A DNA stretch of 64,000 nucleotides from Octopus vulgaris (GCA_951406725.2 OX597816.1:135904001-135968000); one strand, 5' to 3'; positions 27,018 to 38,803 are shown, counted from the first letter of the stretch. A program made the numbers and translations. The notes: generated by a model from the sequence alone, not told the origin.

Positions 27018-27104
27018 AACAAAAGAATGAATGATACCTCAATATCATGTAAAATAGAAGAATTTATCAATAAATATAATATTTGACAATTAGTTGGTTG
27101 TCAT

Positions 27105-27165
27105 AATAAAACTCAGAGTTTCAGATTCTGGGGCTGAAGTCTGTTCTGGCATCTCATCAGTTCTT
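27105..27165 (-). ncRNA. Hammerhead-like motif (second subfamily)
   Basis: aagaa-CUGAUGA-GAUGCCAG...-GAAAC-UCUGA-GUU-uuauu; stem II partly decayed. Confidence 0.5.
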
Positions 27166-27174
27166 TCTTGGTAG

Positions 27175-27235
27175 TTCCGCTGATGAGATGCCAGAGCAGA
27201 CTTCAGCCCTGGCATCCGAAACTCTGAGTTTTATT
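27175..27235 (+). ncRNA. Hammerhead-like motif (second subfamily)
   Basis: CUGAUGA-GAUGCCAG(14 nt)CUGGCAUC-C-GAAAC-UCUGA-GUU; 8-bp stem II; 5' strand of stem I not complementary. Confidence 0.55.
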
Positions 27236-27735
27236 ATGACAACCAACTAATTGTCACATATTTTAAATATATATATACATACATATATATATATACATAT
27301 ATATATATACATATATATATACATATATATATATACACATATATACCTACATGTGTGTAGAAATATATGTTTGTGCATAGATGTATGTATAAACATTTGT
27401 GTAGAGTATCTACTATAATAATACTCTTGTGTATTTCTCCGTCACAACATATGAATGAGGAAAGAAGGATTGATGGCAATTCTATGTGAAAAAAAAATTG
27501 AACAACATTTCAATGCTGTGTATGTGTGTGCCTGTACAAGGGAAGCATGTGAACATTTGAATGGATCGATGTCACATCTCAAAATACAACCACTAGATAG
27601 CATTGAGAAGCATATTAATTTGAATTACCATTCATTTTCTATCTTTTGTCCTTATTTATATATAAAATTATCTATATATAAAATACTACAATCAGCTGTC
27701 ATTCTTGATGGTGCGGGGCTAGCTAGTATTATATA

Positions 27736-28063
27736 AAAAAAAAGACTCCGCCGGTTACGACGACGAGGGTCCCAGCTGATACGATCAACGGAACAGCTTG
27801 CTCGTGAAATTAACGTGCAAATGGCTGAGCATTCCACAGACACGTGTACCCTTAACGTAGTTCTTGGGGATAATCAGCGTGACACAGAAAGTGACAAGGC
27901 TGACCCTTTTAAACACAAGTACAACTCATTTTTGCCAGCTGAGTGGACTGGAGCAACGTGAAATAAAGTGTCTTGCTCAAGGACACAACGCATCGCCGGG
28001 AATCGAACTCACAACCTTACGATCATGAGCCGAATGCCCTAACCACTAAGCCACGCGCCCTCA
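27736..28063 (-). mobile_element. tRNA-derived SINE, young copy with 13-bp TSD
   Basis: A/B boxes TGGCTTAGTGG and GAGTTCGATTCC; core gtgtccttgagcaagacac; TSD ctagtattatata at 27723-27735 and 28064-28076. Relatives at ~11788-12120, 32245-32562, 59485-59805 and 60110-60270. Confidence 0.9.
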
Positions 28064-28249
28064 CTAGTATTATATATATTTAGACAAATAGACCATTAAA
28101 TCTATACTGTAGTCTCATATGTCACCTGTTTGAGTCAACTGAAAACTAAATACCTACTCAGATACCTACATGAAACTGAAGTATAGGTTTACTGGTGGAG
28201 AGAAAAAGTAAAAAAAGCATTAAAAAAAAACACAGTAAGTAGTACATAC

Positions 28250-28403
28250 TTCCAATACTGTTATTAATAGCTTCTTGTGCCTTGCTAATACCAAGAAGAA
28301 ACTCTTGTAATTCTGGTCTGAGTTTATTCCCACGGTGGAAGTACACAAGAGCTGTTTCAAAATCTCCCAGCTGGTAAAGTGCTTCAGCTTTCCGAAGTAT
28401 GGC
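28250..28403 (-). CDS. TTC25: TTC25/ODAD4 coding exon 3
   Basis: tgtag|GCC ... GGA A|gtatgt; 154 nt; AILRKAEALYQLGDFETALVYFHRGNKLRPELQEFLLGISKAQEAINNSIG, the hallmark TTC25 segment. Confidence 0.95.
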
Positions 28404-28447
28404 CTACAATCAAAATGATCTTATTTCAAAAATATATAAATATAGTG

Positions 28448-28489
<42 letters not shown>

Positions 28490-28585
28490 CTGTTCTTAAA
28501 TGGCTAATATTACTCTTCTGTTAAGTAATTATTTCCATTTCAAAACATAATCTCCAGCCAAATCACTTGTAAAAGAAGTACAATT

Positions 28586-28687
<102 letters not shown>

Positions 28688-28749
28688 TATAAATTAGGGT
28701 ATCTGAGAGATACCACCATGCTGAAAATAGCAGTCAAAACAATCTCCAT

Positions 28750-29330
28750 GACTTTCTGTGTCAAGTGCTGCTTCCTGAACTTCTTTAAAAAAGAGATGTG
28801 AAGCCATGGCATGGACTAAGATTTTGTTTCTAGATTATAAAGATATGGCCACATTTCAAGCCCTGTCACCACATCAGGGAAAAAACCCCATCTTCATTGT
28901 CTTCAAATGCTTCCAGCAGATCAGAGCAGACTTCCACCTTTCTCTCCTTCAAATTGAATACCAACTGCTGAGATACCCACTCTGCAAACAGTCTCTGATA
29001 CCCAAAGTCTTTCATCATCTTTTGTAACACATTGTGACCAATGTCCAGATGTGCCTCAATTCACAGGTTCTGACACACTTGTCTGCACAAATCATTTCAT
29101 TGAATCACTAGTGATACAGGTCAATGATTCTAGTTGATGGCTTCCCAATGCATAATTTGTCATCAATGCTGGTTATCTTTTCTTTAAACTCCATCTATCT
29201 GTGCACATTGCTCTTGTCAATAGCCTCATTTCTGTTAACAACCAGTAACCTTCTGTGGATGTTAGACAGCCTGTACCTTTCCTTCATCAAGAGCTGAACA
29301 ACAGCACACTGTTCCTGCTCGGAACAATGT
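28750..29330 (-). mobile_element. Mariner transposase fragment
   Basis: Degraded mariner N-terminal HTH-like translation (EQEQCAVVQLL, GKPST); no TIRs seen. Confidence 0.5.
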
Positions 29331-29618
29331 GACATTATTTGCGTGCTATGAAGAAAAACAGGAAGAAAAATCACTCAAGAAGAAGAGCTACTTTACCAAC
29401 CTGTGCAATTTGAACAAGCTATGTCATTTGCAACTAATTTTTGCATCACTTTCGGCCCTCATGTGTGTGTGTGTATATGTGTGTTGTGTATATGTGTGTT
29501 GTGTATGTGTGCGTTTGTTTTGTGTGTGTGTGTGCACGCAATTTTGTTTATAACCCTTTTACTAGTTTCAGCCATCAAGCTGTGGATAATAATAAAAATA
29601 AATAAATAAATTACTTAC

Positions 29619-29750
29619 AGGAATAAAGTCGTTTCCTTGTAACAGTGCCATTTCAGCATCTTTCAAGGCATTCTGGGCATCCCCAAGTTGTAAGCTGCAT
29701 TTGGATCTTGTTACCAGACACTGCTTATCACCTTCATTCAATTCCAGAGC
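29619..29750 (-). CDS. TTC25: TTC25/ODAD4 coding exon 2
   Basis: ttcag|GCT ... CCT|gtaagt; 132 nt, phase 0-0; ALELNEGDKQCLVTRSKCSLQLGDAQNALKDAEMAL (TTC25 motif DKxCLVARSKCxLxLG). Confidence 0.93.
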
Positions 29751-30961
29751 CTGAAACAATACGAAACCTTGTTATTGATTTCTTTTAAGTACATGTAACA
29801 TATTTATAACATATATTTCATTGGAATGAGAACTGTGGTGCTTAAGCTTCTTCCTTATGTTTAACACTTTGGACCAAGTGAAATAGCTTCAATTGGAAAT
29901 TGAGCCTGCAAAGCCAAACTGGTTTGCTAGCAAGGAGCTACATATATCCTGCTCACATTAGACATAGAAAGCAATACACACACACACACACATACATACA
30001 CACATATATATGCATATATGTATGTATGTATGTATATACATATATATTTATATTTCGTATAAACACACATTTCGTAGACTACGACTTCCACCCCACCCAA
30101 CCCCAGTTTTCCGGACCAAAAAAGGGGTTTCGTGGCATATTAGGAGGCCACCGTAAGTCATTCAACGCAAAAGAAACAAGCAGCTTCCAATGATTTTGGG
30201 AAGGGGAGGGGTGAAATTTCCAAGAATTCCACCCCACCCATCCGGACAAACATGTGTTTTGTAGTATATTAGGTCACCGTAATTCATTCAACGAAAAAGA
30301 AAAAATTTCAGTGATTTCAGGATGGCAGGGATCCGGTTTCCCCGTCCTTTTTTTTTTTTTTTTTTTGCGAACAAAGATAACGGGTTTGCAGCACATTAGG
30401 TCAGGGTTCTTGATTCCATGCAAAAAGTCCGAGCTTTTTTTTTTCTTAGTGAAACGTGTGCAGGTGTACTTCGGGTGCGCACACATACATACTGACATCA
30501 CAATTTTTCCAAGTTTCATTTTTAAATGTATATGTGATATGGGTTAGTATGTATGTCTGCGTACCCACCATTCGATTATCGTAACAACTTTTATGAAAAA
30601 TTAAGAAACAAAATCAAATCATGTGAATTATTCGAAATTCCCACTACCACCTTCGAAAACTCAAGAGAGAGTATTCCAAAGTAATTGTAATATATGCGAT
30701 CTGAAATGCATTTGTAGAAAATTTCATTTTCTGAAAGATAGAAGGAAACAAAGTTGGCAGGAGGGGAGCACACTTATGTATTTATGCCTAAATTTGTGTC
30801 ATATTCTGCAAGTAATCGTTATATAGAGAGATTATGAGAATATTGTATTTGCCAGAGGACATTGAGGGAGAGAGGTGTCAACCGATTAACTAAACAAACA
30901 AGCAACAAAAACCGATGTGGGTAGGTATCTTTTCAGCCTTAGCGCTACGATATATATTTAC

Positions 30962-31123
30962 CTTAGTGAAACTCTCGATAGCTTTCTTGTATTGACCAAC
31001 ATGCATGAAATGGAACCCGTCATCTCTTCGAGATTCGAACGTCACTGGAATTACAATCGATTCGCTATCCACTTCACTGTCGTCATCTTTGTCTCGTCTG
31101 TTTTTCGTGCGATTTCCAAGCAT
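30962..31123 (-). CDS. TTC25: TTC25/ODAD4 coding exon 1 (ATG; MLGNR...KKAIESFTK)
   Basis: ATG at 31123; 162 nt; donor AAG|GTAAAT; ends in the TPR helix GQYKKAIESFTK, matching the TTC25 N-terminus. Confidence 0.85.
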
Positions 31124-31360
31124 GACGGCAAAAAAAGTACCTGTTGAATTCCCGCCCAGATATTTCGTTTAGAGAAGTTGCTGTTGTTTTGTTTTGTTGC
31201 TTTTTTTTTCCTGCTTGTTTAGTGTTTTCTTAAAACTCTGCAAATTTTTTTCCTTGTCTCTTCTTGTGGATCCTTTATTATAATTATTACTTTATTTATT
31301 CCCCTTTATGTGGGAACACATAAAACATCGAAAATGAAAGCGCAACGATAAGTAAAATAA

Positions 31361-31384
31361 ACTTCCGTTACTAGGATAAACAAA
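31361..31384. promoter_or_regulatory. Candidate composite ETS / RFX X-box / forkhead site upstream of TTC25
   Basis: ACTTCCGTTACTAGGATAAACAAA: ETS core ACTTCCG, X-box-like GTTACTAGGATA and forkhead TAAACAAA, about 240 nt upstream of the ATG of a motile-cilia gene. Confidence 0.5.
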
Positions 31385-31459
31385 GGCTCGCTCCTGAACT
31401 AATATGATCTCCTCCCTGACAACTTATCAGTAGCGGGTGGGGGTGGAGGTACATACAAC

Positions 31460-31864
31460 TCTCTGTCTTTCTCTCTCTATCTCTATCTCTCTGTCTCTCT
31501 CTCTTTCATTCTCCTTCTCGCTGTCTCTCTTTCTCTTTCCTTCTCTCTCTGTCTCTCTCTCTTTTCTTCTCTCCTTCTCTCTGTCTGTCTCTCTCTTTCC
31601 TTTTCTCCCTTTGTTCTTCTTTTTCCTTCTTTCCCTTTCTCTGTTTCTCTCTCTTTCCTTCTCTCCCTTTCTTACTCTCTGTCCTTCTCTCCCTCTTTCT
31701 GTCTGTTTCTTTCTTTCCTTCTCTCTCTCTATGTTTCCTTCTCTCCCTTTGTCTCTCTTTTTACTTCTCTCTCCCTCTGTCTCCCTCTTTCCTTCTCTCG
31801 CAGTCTCTCTCTCTTTTCTTATCTGCCTTTATTTCTCTCTCTTTCCTTCTCTCCCTCTCTTTCC
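31460..31864. repeat. CT-rich polypyrimidine low-complexity tract
   Basis: About 400 nt almost entirely C/T on the plus strand. Confidence 0.95.
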
Positions 31865-32126
31865 CAAGCTGGTGGACAGCGGCACCCCTTGACGTGTTTT
31901 AATCGAATAAATTGACCCAAGTACATATCTCAAGCCTGTCATTTATTCAATCGTTAAACTTTTACAGGACTGTTAGGTTATGAGGACGTGAAGAAACAAA
32001 CACATGTTGTCAAGCGGCTGTGGGGAGATAAACAAAGATGCGCACGCGCATGCAACACGCTTGCACGCAAACACATACATACATACGAGCATGTCTAGGA
32101 TATGCAAGTATATGCGTGAATAATCA

Positions 32127-32227
32127 CACATACATACATACATACATACATACATACATACATACATACATACATACATACATACATACATACATACATA
32201 CATACATACATACATACATACATACAT
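32127..32227. repeat. (TACA)n microsatellite
   Basis: Direct reading. Confidence 0.95.
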
Positions 32228-33499
32228 GTATGTATGTATGTATAACTGGCACTTCATCGGTAATGATGATGAGTGTTCCACACGATCCGATCAAAGGAAC
32301 AGCCTGCTCATGAGATTGATGTGCAAAGTGGCTGATATTCCACAGATATGCATACCCTTAAAATAGTTCTCAGGGAGATTCGGCATGACACAGAATGTGA
32401 CAAGACTGACCCTTTGAATTACAAGTATTACTCAGTTTGCCAGCTAGGTGGACTGGAGCAACATGAATAAAGAATCTTGCTCAAGGACACAGCGTATTGC
32501 CAGGAATCTTCACTCATGACCTTATGATCATGAGCTGAATACCCTAACCACTAAGCCATGCACATTCACACATACACACACATCCACACGCATACACACA
32601 CACACATACATACATGCATACATGCATACAAACACACATACATACATACATACATACATACATACATACATACATGCATGCATACATACATACATACATA
32701 CATACATACATACATACTGTCAGACAAACAAGCAGAGACAGACAGACAGATAGACAGACAAACTGATTCTTTTATTCTTATACATGTTTCAGTCATTTGA
32801 CTGTGGCCATGCTGGAGCACTGCCTTAAAGGGTTTTTTGTAGTCAAAGAAGTTGACCCCAGGACTTATTTTTTGTAAGCCTAGTACTTATTTTATTAGTC
32901 TCTTTTTACCGACCTGCTAATTTACAGAGACATAAACACACCAACATCGGTTGTCAAGTGATAGTAGGGTACAGACATAGACACAAAGACACACACACTC
33001 ACACATATATATATATATCACGTGATCATGTGACCGACCAGACCATCAGATGTTGCTACACATCGCTGGTCACAATGCATTCGCATTGTTTTTTAGCCTT
33101 CGAATGACGCCACCCCGCTGGCTAAGCAAGCAGGCCAATATATATACACGCATATAATTGCCAATCAAGTGTGGTGTCCTATATGGGACAGTGCTACTGG
33201 CGATTACAGCTCCAGGAAGGCATCTTTTCCTGCTGGCTAATGACATACATTCTGTGTCTGATTAGTATTTGCAAGGAGAGGTTATCACTCCCATCCCTAG
33301 CCTTACATGATACACACAAACTCGAGTTTCTGGGTGGTTACCTATTCTCAGCATGTGTCAATCACCAGCTAGTGATAAATTCTTTATTATGATCAAATGA
33401 TCTAACATAGAGGGGACAGCACAGGACGTTACAAACTTATGATGTTCATGAGTTTGTTTAGTTTATGCAGTTAAAAATATAGAATGATATATATTTGTG

Positions 33500-35490
33500 A
33501 TGAGTGTTAATTACTATGAATTATAACACATTTTGGCCGGGAAGTCCACCAGCTACACTGTACGAACTTACTATGGATTTTGTACCCAACTTCCTCATTT
33601 GTACCCAACTTCCTCACCACATCCTTCCATCTTTTCTTGTATATGCTTTGCAATAGGCGTCGCTTCTCCTGCCCTATCTTGCTCCTCAGATGATATTTGA
33701 AATAGTGCAGCAAACTAGGGCTGGAGACGAAGATTCCCATCATGACTCCTTTCATCCTCTAAGAAACTCTCCTTGTCCCGGTAAAACCCAACCTGCCAAC
33801 ACTCATTTGGTGCGTTGACAGCTACCAACCTGAAGGACTGTTTACTCATGTGTGTCACATCTAGAATGACCAACCTACCTTCTGGGTCTAGAGAGACTGC
33901 ACTTACCTGCACATCCTAGTTTTTCCTGAATAGGACCACCACACCACTCCCACCCCCGCTGACTAGGAGAAATAAATTTCTTGTAGCCATTTAGAAGGGG
34001 CGTGAACGCTTGTGGCCCAATTTCTAGTGACCTAAGGTCGTCCAGAAGACAAGTTTGATTCCATTTTGGCCCTAGGCCATGCACATTTCTGCACCCGAAC
34101 TTAAATTCCATAGAAATTCGTACTTACATTTTGATTTTGGGGAGGGGCTGCATGAATTCAGCCTCCCCACCATCCTCCTTCTTCTTTGGTGTAGCTGCTG
34201 GACTCACAATGAAGCTCCTGCCAGCCATCTCTGCACTTAAGTCCTTTATATCTTTGTGTCAGTTCACTGAACAAACTCACCTCCATCTTGGCCATCAGAA
34301 TGTGAGATGGCAAGTCTTGGTTCGCTTTGTACACTTATGCTTTATGGTGTGCACATATAATTCGTAACAAAGCTTCATTGCTTTTCCTTAAATGATATAA
34401 TTTTGTATTGAACTTTGGGGTGGGATTTGGAGATGGGTTTTAACAGGGGATAGTGTGGGTAGTTTTTTCTTGTATGTTTGCAGTTGTTTTAGATGTTTTT
34501 GTTTGGGGAGGGGAGTCTGGGACTGAGGCCTTTTTTTCTTTTTCTGTGGTAAGTATTTTGTGCCTTTTTGGTTCACTTTCCTTGGGCATTTCTGTTTTTC
34601 TTTTGTTGTTTTCTTTCTTCAGTGTCTTTAGATTTTTGTTGAGGAGGGGCTTCACTCTTTTTCTCTTTACATCCAGAATGGACATTGCCGTTTTTGCTGC
34701 ACTTAAAACAGTGTGGCCTACGTTACTCAATGCTCACTCTTATGCTCAGCCCCTCCCCTATGAACACCCTATCGGGAAGCCCTTCAAGGATTTCAGGGCA
34801 ACCTTGGACCACCATTTCAAGTGACTGGCCTATCCAATTTTCTCCTTCTTTTTTCTGTATTTGCAGTATTGACATTTTTTTCTTCCATGTCGTATGTTAC
34901 GGCTGCTATTCACAATACGTCCAAACCAGCCGGGATCTTCTGCATTTTAATTTTCACCGTTCTCCTGCCTGGATAAGTTGGCAGGAGAATTATTTTGTCA
35001 TTTCTAGGTGTTAATGTCGACAATTCTTTAGCTGTACTCTTGTCAGCAAATTGTGACTCCACTGTAGCACTTCTTATATCTCATCCAACATATTTTATTC
35101 CAGATGGGTTGTATGCACTTCTCAATTACTGCATTTTTGACAGAATTATTCGTTTCTCCTTAAGACCACAGTCTTGGCAGCTATATTCTGTAGTATATCT
35201 TGGGGAGGGAGCAACTTCGCATCATTCCCTGTTTTCTTAACCATATTCCAATATTTAAATAATTCCGCCATAGACAGGTTCAAATTCACCATATTGCGAC
35301 CCACGGCAGCTGAAAAACTGGTTCTTTCCTTCTGAACCTGTTTTGCACTTTCTTTTCCATTTTCTTTCGCTGACTGAAGAAAGAGAACTTCGAATGGCTC
35401 CTTGTTTTCTTTGTATCGTCTATCTGGATGTTTTGTTGTCCCTTTTTGTATCACCTAGCTGTCCGGATGTTTTGCATTCTTGTCCCATTT
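33500..35490 (-). mobile_element. L1/Tx1-type LINE, internally deleted
   Basis: ORF1 relic with zinc-knuckle-like RRPHCFKCSKNGNVHSGC; ORF2 EN start MEFKFGCRNVHGL...DPEGRLVILDV...FRLVAVNAPN joined near 33760 to an ORF2 C-terminus-like HYFKYHLRSKIGQEKRRL. Confidence 0.7.
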
Positions 35491-35542
35491 TATGTACCAC
35501 CAGACCAGGGATCCTGGCTGGTTCAATTTGAAATCGAAATCG

Positions 35543-35882
35543 AATTGAACCAGCCAGGATCCCTGGTCTGGTGGTACGTAAAAAGCACTATCCGACTCAT
35601 GGCCGATGCCAGCGCCGTTTCGACTGGCGTCCGTGCCGGTGGCACGTAAAATACACCAATCCGACCGTGGCCATTGCCAGCCTCGCCTGGCACCTGTGCA
35701 GGTGGCATGTAAAAAGCACCCACTACACTCATGGAGTGGTTGGCGTTAGGAAGGGCATCCAGCTGTAGAAACATTGCCAGATAAGACTGGAGCCTGGGGC
35801 AGCCTTCTGGCTTCCCAGAACCCCGGTCGAACCGTCCAACCCATGCTAGCATGGAGAACGGACGTTAAATGATGATGATGAT
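35543..35882 (+). mobile_element. RTE-related non-autonomous element with (GAT)n tail
   Basis: ggcgttaggaagggcatccagctgtagaaac ... gacgttaaatgatgatgat; copies at ~7862-8150, 8300-8440 (-), 35884-36005 (-) and 56750-56940. Confidence 0.75.
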
Positions 35883-37419
35883 ATCATCATCATCATCATC
35901 ATCATCATTTAACGTCCGCTTTCCATATGGGTTGGATATGGGTCTGGGATCCAGTCAGATCTGGCAGTGTTTCTACAGCTGGATGCCCTTCCTAACGCCA
36001 ACCACTATATATATATAGTGGTATACATACACTTTGTTGTCTTATATGTAAGTACACATTTTTAAAAATCTTGTATGACTATTTCTATCAGCCCTTTCAC
36101 GTTTATTCATTTATTCCACTCTTCGTTCTTTTGTTCCCACCTCTTTCACATTTCTTTGCCTTCTCTTCTTACTCACTTTCCCTCCACTTTTCACTTCACT
36201 GTGTCCCTGTCGTTTTTCCTTGCCCCTCCTTAATTCTTCTTTCCCCCTGCTTCTACTTTTCTCTCTTCTCTTCCCACGTGACTATATATCATCACTACCT
36301 TCAACTAATGTTTTAATCATGTAATAAATATTATGTTCCCTCTACCTCGTATCATGGATGCTTCTCTCTTCCCTTTTTTCTTTCTCCTTCTTTGTCTTAT
36401 CCTCTTTTTCTCCTTTTTCTTTCTCCTCTCTTTTCAATTAATCATGTGAAAGTATTACAATTACTTCCTTCTACCTCACATCAAAGATGCTTCTCTCTCC
36501 CTCTTTTATCCTAATCATGTTAAAGCGTTACCAATGGACTAAGTAACGGAATAACAAACAGAATTATAATAAGATGGATGGATTAGCTACTTTATGATAT
36601 ATACTTTTTTCTATGAAGCTGAGTAAAATAGCAAAGTAGTAAAATATCTAAAGAAATGCTTGCATTCTACAAAACACATTAGACTTTCTCAGAAGATTTT
36701 TCATGCTATAGCCATTTTAACCATCTATAAACTCAAAAACCTTTATTTATTCATTATACAGCTGGATTGTCAAATTGAGACACATTTATTGGAAACATTT
36801 TGTTATAAATTTGTGCCATTTACCTCTTGAGGTGTCAAAACCTGGTCACTGACAAAGTTATAATGTACTTTTAGATAGCCAAAATGTAACTGTTTCAGAT
36901 TCAACACAATAACCCTTTAGCATTCAGATTACCCTGTCGAATGCCATGCTTATTTATATTCATTATTTTAAATTAATCTTGTAGCTTTGAGATTAGTTGT
37001 TTATTTTTAGAATGACATTGTAGGTAGGAGTGAGAGGCTAGATCTGGTCAGTTTGAACTTAAAACAGGTAGAATAATTTGGCTGAATAAGGTTGGCCTAA
37101 AAGCTAAATGGTTAAATTACTTGCTAAACACTTACAATTTTGAAATAGTTGAATGTAGCGATGTATTTGCTATTATATTTGCAATATTCCTGTGGATTCT
37201 CTAGGACAGAAATTGAATCACTTCTGAGTAGAGGAAGTTCAATGTTTATGGTTGCAGGTGATTTTGAATAAGATGAGATAAATTGGAAATAACATTAACA
37301 ATGTTAATTTGTTTGTTTTATTGTGTTATAAGAAATATATTTTCATTGATAAATCAGAAAAGAAAACAGGATGTTAACATCTTGAACTGGATTCAAGTTT
37401 AAAAAATAATAACAAATTC

Positions 37420-37749
37420 AACAACAACATATATATATATATAAACAAACTTATATCTGTTTTCTTGAAGCATCAAATGTTTATCGTATTATAAGACAAA
37501 AAAGTAATATTTGGAACACAGTATCGCTGTGAAAACAACAAAAAAATTGGATATTATGACAATTGCAACATGGAAAAAAGTTGTGTCATGGCTGTTTGTT
37601 GACAACTTTTTTCCATCTTGCACCAAATTTTTCTGCTGTTTTCATAGCATTACTGCATTCAAAATATTACTTTCTTATCTGAATAATACAATTCACATTC
37701 GGCACTTCTAAAAAGCAAACATAAGTTAGTTTATATATATGTTGTTGTT
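37420..37749. repeat. Diverged inverted repeat, arms about 150-165 bp
   Basis: aacaacaacatatata...ggaaaaaagttgt versus acaacttttttcc...tatatatgttgttgtt. Confidence 0.75.
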
Positions 37750-37806
37750 ACATTTCAAAACAGCTATATATTTAGCATTTAAATTCGATGGAGATTGTTG
37801 TCAGTA

Positions 37807-37877
37807 GGCAGTTTAGCTTAATGGTAAAGTACTCAGCCGGTCTCTGAAAGATGCAGGTTCATGTCCTGTGGCTGTTT
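37807..37877 (+). pseudogene. tRNA-like sequence (pseudo-tRNA or SINE head)
   Basis: A box TAGCTTAATGGTAAAG, B box GGTTCATGTCC, T arm GCAGG/CCTGT; wobble-rich acceptor stem; non-canonical anticodon loop CCGGTCT. Confidence 0.5.
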
Positions 37878-38091
37878 GTTGACAACTTTTTTTCTATCTT
37901 GCAAGGGTAATAATACCCAATTTCTCTGCTGTTTTCACAGTGATACCACATTCGAAATATTACTTTCTTGTCTGTATAATATAACAAATTCATTCAAACA
38001 TAGAGGATAAATTAATCAAAGATTCCATCATCGATATGAAAAACAATAGTTAGGTTACAATTCACATACTTATTGTTGTGAACAGCTTTAA

Positions 38092-38803
38092 GGGTCTTTT
38101 CTGTTTGGCTGCACCTTTGGAAATTTCAGAGTTTATTGAAAAGTTTAAAATTTGGTGTATTGATGTAATTTTCCATGCTGAATCTCAGGAGGTATTTCAC
38201 TTTTTCCAGAAAAATTTTTGAAAAAAGTTATAGAGGTTTAAAGTTTGATAATTTTCTACCCAGCCAGAAAACAGGATTTAGAAGCTGTCATTTTGGGCAT
38301 GACTGCATATGTCAATATTCTGAAAATAGCACATTTTAATCTGAAACTGTAAACAAATGAAATACTGGTGAAATTCTTCTATTTTTTGGAATTTTCAGAA
38401 AATTTTTTGCGAATTTGTATTCTACACATGGAAATTCGTGGAAATTCATAAGGTAACTTAAAATAAAAAATTTAAAAAATTGTGGTGTGTGTGATTTAAG
38501 GCCTATTTAGCTGTTATTTTTAGCACATCTAACAACTGCACGTGATTTCCCCTAGAATATGTTCTCATGTTTGACTTGTTACTATGGAAACAGGCATGAA
38601 TGTGTCTGTGGCTTATGATTGGCTAAAACTACACAAAATGTTCAAATTTTAAAAGCTAATAACATTTTGTCAATTGATTTATGGTGAAAATGAATTTCAT
38701 GTCAATTATGAGCATACAAAACTAAATCATTACACCGAATATGAAATCAATTGGAACCAAAATTGAAGATATTGAAAAGTGGCAGCCAAACGAAAAGATT
38801 TCC
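38092..38803. mobile_element. Non-autonomous DNA transposon, Kolobok-like
   Basis: TTAA-GGG start; imperfect TIR tcttttctgtttggctgc versus gcagccaaacgaaaaga; related sequence at about 500-770 and 2830-3200. Confidence 0.5.

Noticed and set aside
31437-31892. 151-aa Leu/Ser/Phe ORF
   Set aside because: Translation of a CT-rich low-complexity tract
36608-36645. ctatgaagct...agcaaagtagt as a possible hammerhead remnant
   Set aside because: Too many core changes to support
37807-37877. Functional tRNA-Thr(GGT)
   Set aside because: Four G-U pairs in the acceptor stem, non-canonical anticodon loop and embedded in a repeat
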